A DNA stretch of 64,000 bases from the IMG/VR virus record IMGVR_UViG_3300009537_001827, positions 2,320 to 66,319 of that record; one strand, given 5' to 3'. The notes beneath the pieces are model-generated. The model was not told the origin of the DNA and did not search any database. It was given only the letters and a program-made list of their open reading frames with translations. The DNA comes from a virus. Within the stretch, counting starts at the first letter, position 1, and every line of letters starts with the position of its first letter. Positions 45,897 to 55,384 of this stretch are shown piece after piece. A program made the translations under genes and the position numbers.

Positions 45897-46226
45897 TCAG
45901 ACCACGGGCTCGTTCCGGGCGGCCCACAGGAAGACCAGCGTGCCACCGCTCGTGTCTGTGCCACCTGCGTTGTTGACCGTATCTGCCGCCGTGATTCCCT
46001 TGCCTGTCCCCTCGAATTCGCTCGTGATGTCCGTCAGAGCCGGACCCGCAGGAGCATGATAGAACACGGCCACCAGATCATCGTCCGCACGCACTCCGGA
46101 GACGGTGTGATCGCCCGCCGCTCCACCCGCGATGATCTTCGCCTGAAGTCCGACATCCGGAGGGAACTCCCCACCGGACCACGCACTCAGGTCACCCTTA
46201 TTCGCTGCTGCACCGGACCAAGGCAT
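45897..46226 (-). CDS. Putative virion structural protein
   Basis: Gly/Ala-rich with high-expression codon bias. Confidence 0.6.
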   Translation of the reverse strand: MPWSGAAANKGDLSAWSGGEFPPDVGLQAKIIAGGAAGDHTVSGVRADDDLVAVFYHAPAGPALTDITSEFEGTGKGITAADTVNNAGGTDTSGGTLVFLWAARNEPVV

Positions 46227-46254
46227 CTCTTTTACCCCTCTCTGTTGTGTTCGG

Positions 46255-46707
46255 TTACGAGGGCCGGATCTCCAGCCACCGACGCTGCTGAAACGTCTTG
46301 AAGTGCTTCGTCTTCGTCAGCGCCTCCGGGATCGCACGGGATCTCCCCGGAAGGAGACGCACTACGCAGTTCGGAGTACTGAGGCGGACTTCCTGCATCG
46401 AACGGTTGAAGACTGTCACCGTCGCGGCCTTCTTCTTCTTCGGCCTTGCAGCGGGAGCCTTCTTCGGCTCGGGTTTCGGGGAGGGCTCCTCCGGATCAGG
46501 AGCAACGACTTCCTCGACCGGCTCCGGGTCCGCGAAATCGGCCATCAGTTCCGTCACTTCGTCCTTGAACGCCAGATCGTACTCACCGAATGCGAGCGCG
46601 GCCTTGAGATCACTGACCTCAGGATATTTCTCCATGATCTCTTCCGCTGTCGAGGGTCCAATCCCCTTCACAGACAGCAGGGCTTCATAATAAGGCTCGT
46701 AAGACAT
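46255..46707 (-). CDS. Helix-hairpin-helix domain protein
   Basis: LLSVKGIGPSTAEEIMEKYP. Confidence 0.75.
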   Translation of the reverse strand: MSYEPYYEALLSVKGIGPSTAEEIMEKYPEVSDLKAALAFGEYDLAFKDEVTELMADFADPEPVEEVVAPDPEEPSPKPEPKKAPAARPKKKKAATVTVFNRSMQEVRLSTPNCVVRLLPGRSRAIPEALTKTKHFKTFQQRRWLEIRPS

Positions 46708-46743
46708 ATAGGTTCCTTCCGTCGCGTTGAGGTTTCTCGTCGT

Positions 46744-47106
46744 CTACACATCTCCACCGATGACAATATCGACAACCGCCGGATCTGCTGTTCCGGTGAT
46801 GAGGATGTCCGTGTAGCCCGCCTCGGGGGCCATCAGAACGAAGAGGCCGCCATCCGGGATGTCGTACAGGTTCCCGCCAGCCGAGGTCCTGAGCTTGATG
46901 TTGGACCCGTTCGGCTTGATCCACAAGAACTCAAACGTCGAAAGCTCTGTGGGCTTGTAAGATGTCTCAGGCTGCGAAGCCGCGACCGTCACGACCTTAC
47001 GGATGAAGTTCTCGACCTCAGCCTGTGTCTCGGACTTGATCGTCCCCTGCTCGCGATCATCGCGCAGGAAGACCAGCGTGTCGGTGACCTGAATTTTATT
47101 ACTCAC
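46744..47106 (-). CDS. Putative virion structural protein
   Basis: Beta-rich ORF in the neck/tail cluster. Confidence 0.55.
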   Translation of the reverse strand: MSNKIQVTDTLVFLRDDREQGTIKSETQAEVENFIRKVVTVAASQPETSYKPTELSTFEFLWIKPNGSNIKLRTSAGGNLYDIPDGGLFVLMAPEAGYTDILITGTADPAVVDIVIGGDV

Positions 47107-47736
47107 TTATGGTCCTCCTGATGATCCTCTCGATGTGGGCGGAGCTTTCTTCCTCGCTGCCGCCAGCGCCTCGACGATGGAAGGCCCGAACAGCGGACGC
47201 TTCGGAATCTGCGGCGCGGGACGCGTCGGAGGCTTCTTGGCTCTCGCGGCTTCCCTCGCCTGACGCGCCGACCGGCGAAAGATCGCCCGGGGCTCGATCC
47301 CTGTTCTCGGGGATCCGAACTCCAGCGTCTCGGCGATGACCCACGTCGGGATCTCCCCCTTACTCGGATCGAGCGGGTCTATCGGGTGCATCGACTCGGA
47401 GAAGATTCCGATGAGCCATCCTGCTCGAATCGTCGTCCCGTCCCCAAGCGTAATCTCTTGCCCCGGTCGAATCTCGATCTGGTCCCTGAGCAGCCCCGAA
47501 GCGATCCATGTGTTCTCGTTGAGCCCGTGACGTTGCTTCCATGCCTTATATTCAGGGCTCAGGGGTGCCCAAGGCAAGTCCTGCTTGTCGATGTGCGCGA
47601 TGACCCGCTTGTGGATATCATGCGCAAGATCCTCGATGAACGCCGCTGCCGCCTCATTCGCCCGGGCAGAGAGGAACGCCCCATCGAACCGAAGGCGGAT
47701 CTTGTCATCAGGGTCCCCAACCGAACGGATGTCCAC
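47107..47736 (-). CDS. Tail completion/virion morphogenesis protein (Mu gpG/HK97 gp10-like)
   Basis: WAPLSPEYKAWK, WIASGLL, LEFGSP..IEPRAIFR. Confidence 0.78.
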   Translation of the reverse strand: MDIRSVGDPDDKIRLRFDGAFLSARANEAAAAFIEDLAHDIHKRVIAHIDKQDLPWAPLSPEYKAWKQRHGLNENTWIASGLLRDQIEIRPGQEITLGDGTTIRAGWLIGIFSESMHPIDPLDPSKGEIPTWVIAETLEFGSPRTGIEPRAIFRRSARQAREAARAKKPPTRPAPQIPKRPLFGPSIVEALAAARKKAPPTSRGSSGGP

Positions 47737-49449
47737 TTAGAGGCTCAGTGTGTCGAGGATCTGCTCGACTTGCTCTGGCGTCGTCATCGGAAACATGACC
47801 GAAAGCTCTTTCCGTATCTGCTGACGGATCTGCACATTCGTCGCACCAATGGATCTCCACTTCGACACGATGTCGCGAGCGACCGCCAGAGGCCCGGCCA
47901 CGACTTCATGCTTCATCTGGGATTCAAAGGCATCTGGAGGAAGGAACTGCCACGCAATTCGAGTAATCCTCTCGACTGCATCTGCACCCAATCCCAAGCT
48001 CCAGAGAAAATCCCGGACCCCCACACGATCACCGCGAGAAACGAGGAGAGCCAGTTGTTCCGCTTCGGGCTCCGACAGGTCATCTCCACTCACGGAGTCC
48101 AATATCCTCTGAGCGACCCACGCAGGATCTTGAAACGAGAAAGCCTCATGCTTGAGGGACTCGAATCCGCCACCCATCCTGATCGCCTTCGATGCCGCGC
48201 TCTTCGGGCTCACCCCGCTGTCGTACCAATCGCGGAACGGAGCATCGGCCAGATCGTAGACCGAGAGCCCCGCCTTCGCCCAGACGGCGTTATCGACCGC
48301 CTTCATCCAGTCCTCGAAGGACATCCGGGCGAACTCGTGCTTCCGGGATTCCAGCGACCCCGCCTGAATCAGAAACTTCTGGATGAAAGGATCGAAAGTC
48401 CTTGCCTCAGAAAATCCGAAAGACGAGAGGACCCGAGGCACAGAGGCATAGAAATCGAGAGGCCTCTGCTCGTGCTTCTTTGATTCAGAGAGAGCACCTG
48501 TATCCGAAGCCACGAGGCTCAACTCGTAGCTCTGGAACTTGCGGTTGCCTCCCTCATCGAGCTTCACCGTGATCGACTCGTCATCGTTGAACCTCTCGAC
48601 CGCTCCGATCTTGCCACGAGCTTCGTTCTCGTCCGCCATCACGGCCACACGGTCGCCGATGGAAAAGCCCCGGAACTGGAAGAGCATCTCCGGATCGGGA
48701 GCTTCGCCGAGACGGTCATCCTCGACAGCGGTCTGCGACGGGAGGTAGCCACCCCGGTCAGCATCGACAGGGGGCTCGCCCTGCTCGTGACGAAGGGACT
48801 CCCCCAGAGAGTTCTCATCAGGCTCAACCTTTGGAGGCATCCCGGACCAAGCTCCCCTCATCTTGATGCGGTCAACCTCAGCCTGAGCTTCTTCTCTCGT
48901 AGGGAACCACGCGACGGAGGTGTATCTTCCGCCTCCGTAGGTCATCACGTAGAATCCCTCTTGCCGAAGAGATTCCGTGTAGTGGGGAGATTGCCTCCAA
49001 GGGGTCACGGCTCGGGCGATGTGATTCGTCCCTCCTATTCCCGGGCTCCGGGAGAAATGAAGATAAGCATCACCGTCTTCAGAGAACTCGACACAATCAG
49101 GACCGTCTTCACACAGTCTTTTGGTCCCAAACGTGCCTGCATATTTCGCGTTGAACTCTTCGAGAGCATCCTGTTGCCATCTCTCATAAGAGGCCCAGAA
49201 ATCCTCCTGCCGCAGAGCACTCTCGACCACAGACTCCGGATTCTCTCCGCGAGCGATCCGTCGAATCAGGTTCTCCATCTCTTCTTTCTCCTGAAAGGGT
49301 ACGAGAGGCCCTCCGCAGGCCGAGCACATCTGCGGGTAGCGCCCCTTGTAAACCGGGACATGAAGTCCGCACTCCTGACAGACGAGCTTCGTCCGACCGC
49401 CGTGGAAAGAGTTCGCCATGCCTCGCGTGATCGAAACCTTATTGGTCAT
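47737..49449 (-). CDS. Modular polyprotein with seven ES-x-[KR]-[HQ]-E-type linkers
   Basis: ESALRQE, ESLRQE, ESLRHE, ESKKHE, ESRKHE, ESLKHE, ESQMKHE separate small unrelated domains; N-terminal zinc ribbon. Confidence 0.75.
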   Translation of the reverse strand: MTNKVSITRGMANSFHGGRTKLVCQECGLHVPVYKGRYPQMCSACGGPLVPFQEKEEMENLIRRIARGENPESVVESALRQEDFWASYERWQQDALEEFNAKYAGTFGTKRLCEDGPDCVEFSEDGDAYLHFSRSPGIGGTNHIARAVTPWRQSPHYTESLRQEGFYVMTYGGGRYTSVAWFPTREEAQAEVDRIKMRGAWSGMPPKVEPDENSLGESLRHEQGEPPVDADRGGYLPSQTAVEDDRLGEAPDPEMLFQFRGFSIGDRVAVMADENEARGKIGAVERFNDDESITVKLDEGGNRKFQSYELSLVASDTGALSESKKHEQRPLDFYASVPRVLSSFGFSEARTFDPFIQKFLIQAGSLESRKHEFARMSFEDWMKAVDNAVWAKAGLSVYDLADAPFRDWYDSGVSPKSAASKAIRMGGGFESLKHEAFSFQDPAWVAQRILDSVSGDDLSEPEAEQLALLVSRGDRVGVRDFLWSLGLGADAVERITRIAWQFLPPDAFESQMKHEVVAGPLAVARDIVSKWRSIGATNVQIRQQIRKELSVMFPMTTPEQVEQILDTLSL

Positions 49450-49940
49450 ACTCCCTCCAGAACCCTTTTGAAGATAGCTCTGGCCTTCTCGAAATCACCG
49501 TCCCAAGTCGCACGCTCGGCCTCGGCCACCTCGGCTTCAGACGCACGGTTATAGAACCGAAACGTGTCCATCACCGAGATCCCCGGAATCGGGCCGAACT
49601 CAAGGAACCGATTCAGGCCCTCTCTCTTCTCACTCACAGGAGCATCGACCTCCGCGAATAGCAGGGTATCCGGAACGGAGAAGGTTCCTTCGATCAGCGC
49701 GTCGATGGCACGGTCGAGCCCGCTCTGATGCTTGAAGAACTGGACCTGCTTCTCTCGTTTCTCGGCCCCAGCCTTAGTGTCGTAGCAGCCAAGATTCTTG
49801 TTGCTCTTTTTCGAGAAGAGACACCACTTACTACCCTTCTTTCGGATCGTTTCCCCGAGCAGCACATCTCCCAGAAGATTCCTGTCCACCTCTACGTCAT
49901 CCGAGATTCGGGGAGGGACCAGAATAATCTCCTCGTTCAT
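49446..49940 (-). CDS. Head-region hypothetical protein
   Basis: ETIRKKGSKWCLFSKKSNKNLGCYDTKAGAEKREKQVQFFKH small basic domain; GAGGAGG RBS. Confidence 0.7.
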   Translation of the reverse strand: MNEEIILVPPRISDDVEVDRNLLGDVLLGETIRKKGSKWCLFSKKSNKNLGCYDTKAGAEKREKQVQFFKHQSGLDRAIDALIEGTFSVPDTLLFAEVDAPVSEKREGLNRFLEFGPIPGISVMDTFRFYNRASEAEVAEAERATWDGDFEKARAIFKRVLEGV

Positions 49941-49956
49941 CCGGTTGCCGGCCTCC

Positions 49957-50673
49957 TCATCTTCGCAGCCAATCGATGAGCTTCCGAGCCTCTGCGGCCC
50001 TGTTCTGTTGCGCCATACCAGAAGCCGCTGTCCGTTGAGCGAAGCCCTTAACCCCGGGAGAACCGGTATTGGCGCGACTTCTAACGTCCGTTCTATCCTC
50101 CAGATCGTTGAGCAAGCGGTATTCATCGACGCGAACAGGGTCACTGAATCTAGGGGTACGACCGACCGAATCGACGGTGAACTTGTAAACGCCATCGGAC
50201 AATGATGCCGCACGAACATAGAAATCCCGCTCTCCCGGCAGAGCACTACGCTCGTAGTCATCCAACCGATCAGCGTAGAGATTTCCCTGCGCGACACGGG
50301 CCACCTCTCCACGCCCGCCTCGGATTCTCAGGTAACCCTTCGTGACAGCCTCGGACTTTAGATGATTTGAAGAACGCCGCCCCCATTCGAGCCACGTTTT
50401 CAGCAGGCCCATGTTCTCTCGTTTTTCGACGAAAGCCCAATCGAACCCCTGTCTCACCGCAGCCTCTTTGGTCGCCACGTAATACGTTCGACTCTCACAA
50501 GGATACTCCCAGAACTCGCCCTCCCCCATCGCCCTGTACCCCCGGATTGTTTTCGCCGGTTTACCCGATAGGGTCATCGGACATTCAATAGGAAGCCACG
50601 CACGCGCTTCGGATCTGGAAGAGAAAGGACCGGCGATGACTCCCTCACCCATCGTCAGGACGAACCAGTTCAT
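49957..50673 (-). CDS. Head-region modular hypothetical protein
   Basis: GPFSSRSEA domain; internal WLEW motif. Confidence 0.65.
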   Translation of the reverse strand: MNWFVLTMGEGVIAGPFSSRSEARAWLPIECPMTLSGKPAKTIRGYRAMGEGEFWEYPCESRTYYVATKEAAVRQGFDWAFVEKRENMGLLKTWLEWGRRSSNHLKSEAVTKGYLRIRGGRGEVARVAQGNLYADRLDDYERSALPGERDFYVRAASLSDGVYKFTVDSVGRTPRFSDPVRVDEYRLLNDLEDRTDVRSRANTGSPGVKGFAQRTAASGMAQQNRAAEARKLIDWLRR

Positions 50674-51128
50674 CCGGTCGCCGGTCGCTTCATCTTCGCC
50701 CCACTGGAAGACGGAAGCACGTTGTAAGGAGTCTGTCCAAACCTGCCACTCTTCCAGATCGTTGCCAGAGTCGCCGCATCGACCTCGACGAGGATCACTG
50801 GCCTACCCGCTCCGCCAACCAGTTGATTGAGCATCACGTCCTCGCTCATGATGAACTCATCACGCGCCGCCAGCGTGGCAGTCAACTCACTGAGGAATCT
50901 CCTCGCCTGCCCCTTCGAGAACGGCCCATAGCGGTATTCCCGGCTGTACGGATCGCTCTTGTATCCCGACTTCTCGACCCCGAAGAAGTAACCCAATCCG
51001 GGGGACTGCCAGACCCAGATCGGAAATTTCGGTGCGCCCTGAACGGATTGTCCTTTCGGGTAACGATCCGAAGGCGACCAGACCCGTTCCTGCCGAAGAG
51101 CCCATTCGAGCCAGACGTTCCTCGCCAT
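50670..51128 (-). CDS. Head-region hypothetical protein with WLEWAL leader
   Basis: MARNVWLEWALRQE. Confidence 0.65.
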   Translation of the reverse strand: MARNVWLEWALRQERVWSPSDRYPKGQSVQGAPKFPIWVWQSPGLGYFFGVEKSGYKSDPYSREYRYGPFSKGQARRFLSELTATLAARDEFIMSEDVMLNQLVGGAGRPVILVEVDAATLATIWKSGRFGQTPYNVLPSSSGAKMKRPATG

Positions 51129-51141
51129 GACCCGTGATTCG

Positions 51142-51462
51142 TCACTTTTCGAAACGGGAATAGAGCGCCTGACAGAACCGCTCAGGGCTCGACCCGCCGG
51201 GGATGTCCCCGAGCTTGTCGCCGAGCTTCTCGATGCACTTCGTCCGCTTGTGCTCGACATCGCCGACGAGCGTGCGCCAGAACTTCCCCCACTTCTCCGG
51301 ATCGTCCTCGATGGCTTCCTCGATGGAGCGATGAGCGCCACTGATCCCGAGAACGGGCTCCGTCGTCATGCCGAGGAACCTCTCCACCACGGCGTCGGGC
51401 TTCATCCCCTGCTCGATCATCTCGATGGCCTTGTCGATGGCCGGGCAACCTCTGCAACTCAT
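51142..51462 (-). CDS. Small head-region protein with shared tag motif
   Basis: AIEMIEQGMKPDAVVERFL; C-terminal KCIEKL...PERFCQAL. Confidence 0.7.
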   Translation of the reverse strand: MSCRGCPAIDKAIEMIEQGMKPDAVVERFLGMTTEPVLGISGAHRSIEEAIEDDPEKWGKFWRTLVGDVEHKRTKCIEKLGDKLGDIPGGSSPERFCQALYSRFEK

Positions 51463-51478
51463 CTTCCGATCCCCTTTC

Positions 51479-52579
51479 TCATGGAATGTCCCACGCGCTT
51501 CCCGCCTTGAACGACATCACGTTATCGACGACATTCTGAGGGGCATCGGTGATGAGATACGGAGCACTCGCCTTCGCATCGTATCCCTTCGCCACGAGCT
51601 TCGAGGCGAGGCTGTCGAGTTCACTGTGACTCAACTCTGGATGGTAATGCCTCTTCATCCGCTCGTGCAGAAGACCCTCTCCCTTCTCCTCATCTTCATC
51701 TTCGTCCTCGTCACCATACTGCTCACGCTTCTGTGAACCTTCCGGGTCGAGCAGGAAGTCGATCACCGCATCCGGGTTCTCGCCCGCTTCGATGAACTCC
51801 ATCGCCGACTCAACGTACTCTCTGTCCGTATGCTCCTGTACGGGCTCGCCTCGCATCACTGCCTCCGCTGCGTGCAGGTCATGAAGGAACTTCCCGGACT
51901 TCTGAAGGCTCGGCTGCCAGAGGTCGCAGGTATGATGCTTGAACATGTCGCCCTCGACCAGTTCGCAGCGACCGACCACATCGACGCCTTCCGGGTTGTC
52001 CTTCGCCTCCTCGAACCCGGGAAGCTCCTCTTTCGGCATCATGAAGCGACAGGAGGCACAGACCTGATTGCGAAGCTCCATCCGGCCCTCCATGATCCCC
52101 GGACGATAATTCACCTGTTCTTTGGGAGCCTTGTCCACGCCGAAGTGATGAGGCCCCCAGAGCCACTGACGCTGAGCGGTCGTCAGATCGGCGATCACCG
52201 TGTTGTGCTCCTGCACCGGCAGCTTCTTTTTCACGATCTCCGCTGGCCAACCCTCTTTCAACTTCGCAACCATCCCTGCGGACAGCATATCCCGAGTGGC
52301 CACCGCCCGAGAGAGCGTTCCATCATCCCACCGAACGATGACAATCTGTTCCCTCTGCCAATCCGAGGGAAGATCCTCAATTATCCCTGTTCCAACTTCT
52401 CCGGGACTTGGCCACGCGTCACGCACCCTCATTCCCAGAGGGCTCGATACGCCCTGCTCTTGTTTCCCACAACAGGAGAGCACCTCGTCGATGCTGACCG
52501 ATTCCAGTCCGTGCCGCCTCGCCTTCTGAGCGAGTTCGGGAGCGATCAACTCAAGTTCTTCGAGACTGAGCTTCTTCAC
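51479..52579 (-). CDS. Modular protein with SH3-like and HiPIP-like (4-Cys) domains and tag motif
   Basis: VNYR...CASCRF...CELVEG...CDLW; AMEFIEAGENPDAVIDFLL. Confidence 0.7.
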   Translation of the reverse strand: MKKLSLEELELIAPELAQKARRHGLESVSIDEVLSCCGKQEQGVSSPLGMRVRDAWPSPGEVGTGIIEDLPSDWQREQIVIVRWDDGTLSRAVATRDMLSAGMVAKLKEGWPAEIVKKKLPVQEHNTVIADLTTAQRQWLWGPHHFGVDKAPKEQVNYRPGIMEGRMELRNQVCASCRFMMPKEELPGFEEAKDNPEGVDVVGRCELVEGDMFKHHTCDLWQPSLQKSGKFLHDLHAAEAVMRGEPVQEHTDREYVESAMEFIEAGENPDAVIDFLLDPEGSQKREQYGDEDEDEDEEKGEGLLHERMKRHYHPELSHSELDSLASKLVAKGYDAKASAPYLITDAPQNVVDNVMSFKAGSAWDIP

Positions 52580-52751
52580 GGTACGCCTCCTCGTACAACC
52601 GATCCAGTTCGGTCGCGATCTCACTGTCGAGATTCGTCGGGTCACAACGAGAGAGCAGGATGTCCGCCCTCTGCATCTTCGATCTCAGATTTCGGGTCTT
52701 TCCCAAACGTTCCTGAAGGACTTCGAGCGGGTCAGTCTTCGTCGTCGTCAT
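52551..52751 (-). CDS. Small helical hypothetical protein
   Basis: 66-aa ORF overlapping both neighbours. Confidence 0.5.
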   Translation of the reverse strand: MTTTKTDPLEVLQERLGKTRNLRSKMQRADILLSRCDPTNLDSEIATELDRLYEEAYREEAQSRRT

Positions 52752-54315
52752 GCTTCTTCCGCTTCTGCGGGAAGGGAGCCCGGATCACAGGTCCCATCGG
52801 CCTGTCGTATGTCGCGATCATACCGGTCGTCAGGTCCTCCTGAGTCGGGACACAGAGCCCCGTCACCTCGTCCTTCTTGTGCCCCTCAGGGCATTTCTCC
52901 CGGCTACCCGGCCCGGTGCCCGGACTGGCCGCCTTCATCGCGTCTGAGCCCGCTTTTCGCGCGAAGACGCTGCCTGCTGCATCGTGGCTGTGACGGGAAC
53001 TGTACCCCCCGGTCACGGCCTCCTCGATCTCGATGAGCATGAGTTCGGCGTCGGCGATGAGTCCTTCCAGATTCTCCATCCCTGTTTCGATGTCTTCCTC
53101 GCCGGATCCGGGCTCGTCCTCCTCGTCCTCACCTTCGTCCTCGGGCTTCTCTTCTTCCTCTTCATCCGAGGTCAGATCCACGCCATCACCGAGCAATTGA
53201 TCGACGTTGATCTCCTCGATCTCACCGGTCTCGGACCTGACGATCAGGGTATCGCTGTCCTCGTCGGTCACGGTCCCGGCCATGATATCCCCATCGTTCG
53301 TCAGGAAGCGGATCTTCTCCCCAATGAGCGAGACTTCCTCTTCGCTCTGGTCCTCGGCCCCGGGGACATCCGACGTAGAAGGATCGACCTGCGTCTCGTC
53401 CGACCCGATTTTGGGGCTCTCCTCTTCCTCATCTTCCTTGTCGTCGGCTTCTTCGGGCTCGGCCTGCTCCTGCCGGGTCACCATCTGGATGTCGATGTCG
53501 CGGACCCGGGGAGACGCTTCGAGCTTGTGCTTGATCTCGTAAGCCGAGGACGGGCGGGCGAAGAACATCAAGAAATCCACCCCGGTACTGACGCGATGCG
53601 CTCCGTACTCCCTGAGCATCATCGCGATCTCATCGAGGCTCGCGGTCCCCGAGTACGCCCTCACGTACCATCGACGCTCGTCACCCATCGCCTTGGAAGT
53701 GAGGAACGTCGAGGGCGGAGGCTCACGCAACACGACCGACCGGGGGAACGCAGGCTCGTCACGGGCTCCCACAAGGAAACTGGACGGCAACGCCTCTTCG
53801 ACCCAGCCCGAAGGATCGGCACTGTACTTCTTCTGCGCCGCCTCCCTGAAGCGCGTTGGAGGCACGTCCCTGACATCTATGGGCTCGGGGTTCCCGATCA
53901 CGTAGGCGCGAAGCTCCTCAGCCTCGCCGGAGTATTCGAGATGGCACGGCCCGAGCCAGCATTGCGCTCCCGAGTGGTGGAACAGGGATCTCGACTCCCC
54001 AATCTTCTCGACCCGGGTCGCGAGAACGTCGAGCGACGGGACGTGCTTCTCGCTCTCGGCGTAGCGCATCCACGAGGAGAGGTCCACCCGGGACCCGAAG
54101 TAACGCCGGACCTCGCGGCCATCGGAGACGACGATGTAGTGCCCCTCCAATTCGGAGAACAACGGTCCCTCAGCCACGACGTTCCCCGCTCGGATCGAGG
54201 ATGACGCACGCCCGCCGCCAAACCGGTACTCGTCGAAGAGGTCGTTCACCTTTCGGAGCCCGGCCCCCTCGAACTTCGACGCTCTCCTGAACGCCTGAAT
54301 GTCGCTATCGCTCAT
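52732..54315 (-). CDS. Acidic modular head-region protein
   Basis: Glu/Asp-rich tracts, Sm/SH3-like segment LIGEKIRFLTNDG, CPEGHKKDEVTGLCV. Confidence 0.7.
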   Translation of the reverse strand: MSDSDIQAFRRASKFEGAGLRKVNDLFDEYRFGGGRASSSIRAGNVVAEGPLFSELEGHYIVVSDGREVRRYFGSRVDLSSWMRYAESEKHVPSLDVLATRVEKIGESRSLFHHSGAQCWLGPCHLEYSGEAEELRAYVIGNPEPIDVRDVPPTRFREAAQKKYSADPSGWVEEALPSSFLVGARDEPAFPRSVVLREPPPSTFLTSKAMGDERRWYVRAYSGTASLDEIAMMLREYGAHRVSTGVDFLMFFARPSSAYEIKHKLEASPRVRDIDIQMVTRQEQAEPEEADDKEDEEEESPKIGSDETQVDPSTSDVPGAEDQSEEEVSLIGEKIRFLTNDGDIMAGTVTDEDSDTLIVRSETGEIEEINVDQLLGDGVDLTSDEEEEEKPEDEGEDEEDEPGSGEEDIETGMENLEGLIADAELMLIEIEEAVTGGYSSRHSHDAAGSVFARKAGSDAMKAASPGTGPGSREKCPEGHKKDEVTGLCVPTQEDLTTGMIATYDRPMGPVIRAPFPQKRKKHDDDED

Positions 54316-54608
54316 CTCGATACCCGGACATCATCACAACTCGGGAACTGTACGCCTCTCGCGCCCTCTACGTGGATGCAAATCAGCTTCCGGTTCAGGA
54401 GCATCTCCCTCTGAATATCTTTGTTGTCCCGCGACAGATTTTCGAGCATATCGAAGATGCTGTCCCTCGTCTGCGATCCGAAATGCAACTCAGTGCTGCT
54501 GACGTGCCCGTTCACCGTAACGTAAGCCCCGCCAGCCGCGAAGGCGATACTGACCACGAACAGAAGGCCACCACCGATCAGAAACTTTATCATCAAGCTG
54601 TTCTTCAC
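54312..54608 (-). CDS. Single-TM membrane protein (holin-like?)
   Basis: FLIGGGLLFVVSIAFAAGGAYV followed by a coiled coil. Confidence 0.55.
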   Translation of the reverse strand: MKNSLMIKFLIGGGLLFVVSIAFAAGGAYVTVNGHVSSTELHFGSQTRDSIFDMLENLSRDNKDIQREMLLNRKLICIHVEGARGVQFPSCDDVRVSR

Positions 54609-54829
54609 TCCGTCGCCTCCTCGTTTCCGACGAACGGCCGACACTCTGCAACGGCCTTATCCCAATACCACCCCTCCCGACACACCTCACGAGGGTCTTC
54701 ACCCGTGGAGGAATCCGGAGCCGGTAGTTCGACCAGATACCTAACGACCTTCTCCGGCGAAGCTCCGCTCTCAATCAGGAAGATCCCGACATCGACCCTA
54801 GAGAATAGGCGAAAATTGTGGTTCATCAT
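54605..54829 (-). CDS. Small protein with tag motif and Cys pair
   Basis: IFLIESGASPEKVVRYLVE; CREGWYWDKAVAECRP. Confidence 0.6.
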   Translation of the reverse strand: MMNHNFRLFSRVDVGIFLIESGASPEKVVRYLVELPAPDSSTGEDPREVCREGWYWDKAVAECRPFVGNEEATE

Positions 54830-55295
54830 CGAGAGGCAGATCGAGGTTCTCAGGGACCTTTTCCACCCGCTTCAGTTTCAGGATCACGTTGAGGTTGAAC
54901 GGTGACTCCTCGACGAACTCATCCTTCTGCACCCACTGCACGGTGTAGAAGATTCCCGAGACACGGATCAAGTCCCTCGGCTTCGGCGCGACCTGCGCCC
55001 GGACCAGTTGCTCGACCCCGAAAGCAATCTCGACTTCGTGCTCGGGGCCGGGAGCCTGCTCGTTCGTGCCGCGAGTCGAATAAGGCTGCCCCGGGACACG
55101 AACCTTGATGAAGCCGCTCAGCTTGATGTACTTGCGGTAACCGAAATTTTCCGTCTCTTTGGTCCTGCGGTCGAACGCGCTTGTCGCCTCATCGACCAGC
55201 CAGTAGAGCACGGGAACCCCGGCCCACCTGTCACGATCCACGCTCTGCTCGCGCAGATAACGTAGATCGTTTCCGCTGATGTTGCCTTGTGGCAC
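54798..55295 (-). CDS. Head closure/neck protein (T4 gp14-like)
   Basis: GVPVLYW, PKPRDLIRV..IFYTVQWV pattern of head-closure proteins. Confidence 0.6.
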   Translation of the reverse strand: MPQGNISGNDLRYLREQSVDRDRWAGVPVLYWLVDEATSAFDRRTKETENFGYRKYIKLSGFIKVRVPGQPYSTRGTNEQAPGPEHEVEIAFGVEQLVRAQVAPKPRDLIRVSGIFYTVQWVQKDEFVEESPFNLNVILKLKRVEKVPENLDLPLDDEPQFSPIL

Positions 55296-55316
55296 TGACC
55301 CTCCGTTGAGTTAGAG

Positions 55317-55379
55317 GGAAGGGGACTGGACACCGGACCATCCGGCTTTCCCCCTTTGAAGACACGCCAGCCCCCTTCC
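55317..55379 (-). other. Intergenic multi-stem RNA structure
   Basis: 13-bp closing stem GGAAGGGGGCUGG/CCAGUCCCCUUCC (G-U on minus strand) enclosing CCGGA/UCCGG hairpin. Confidence 0.45.
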
Positions 55380-55384
55380 ACTCC

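Noticed and set aside
18778-47736. Extracellular contractile injection system or tailocin
   Set aside because: Neck/head-closure genes and replication genes are linked, indicating a full phage
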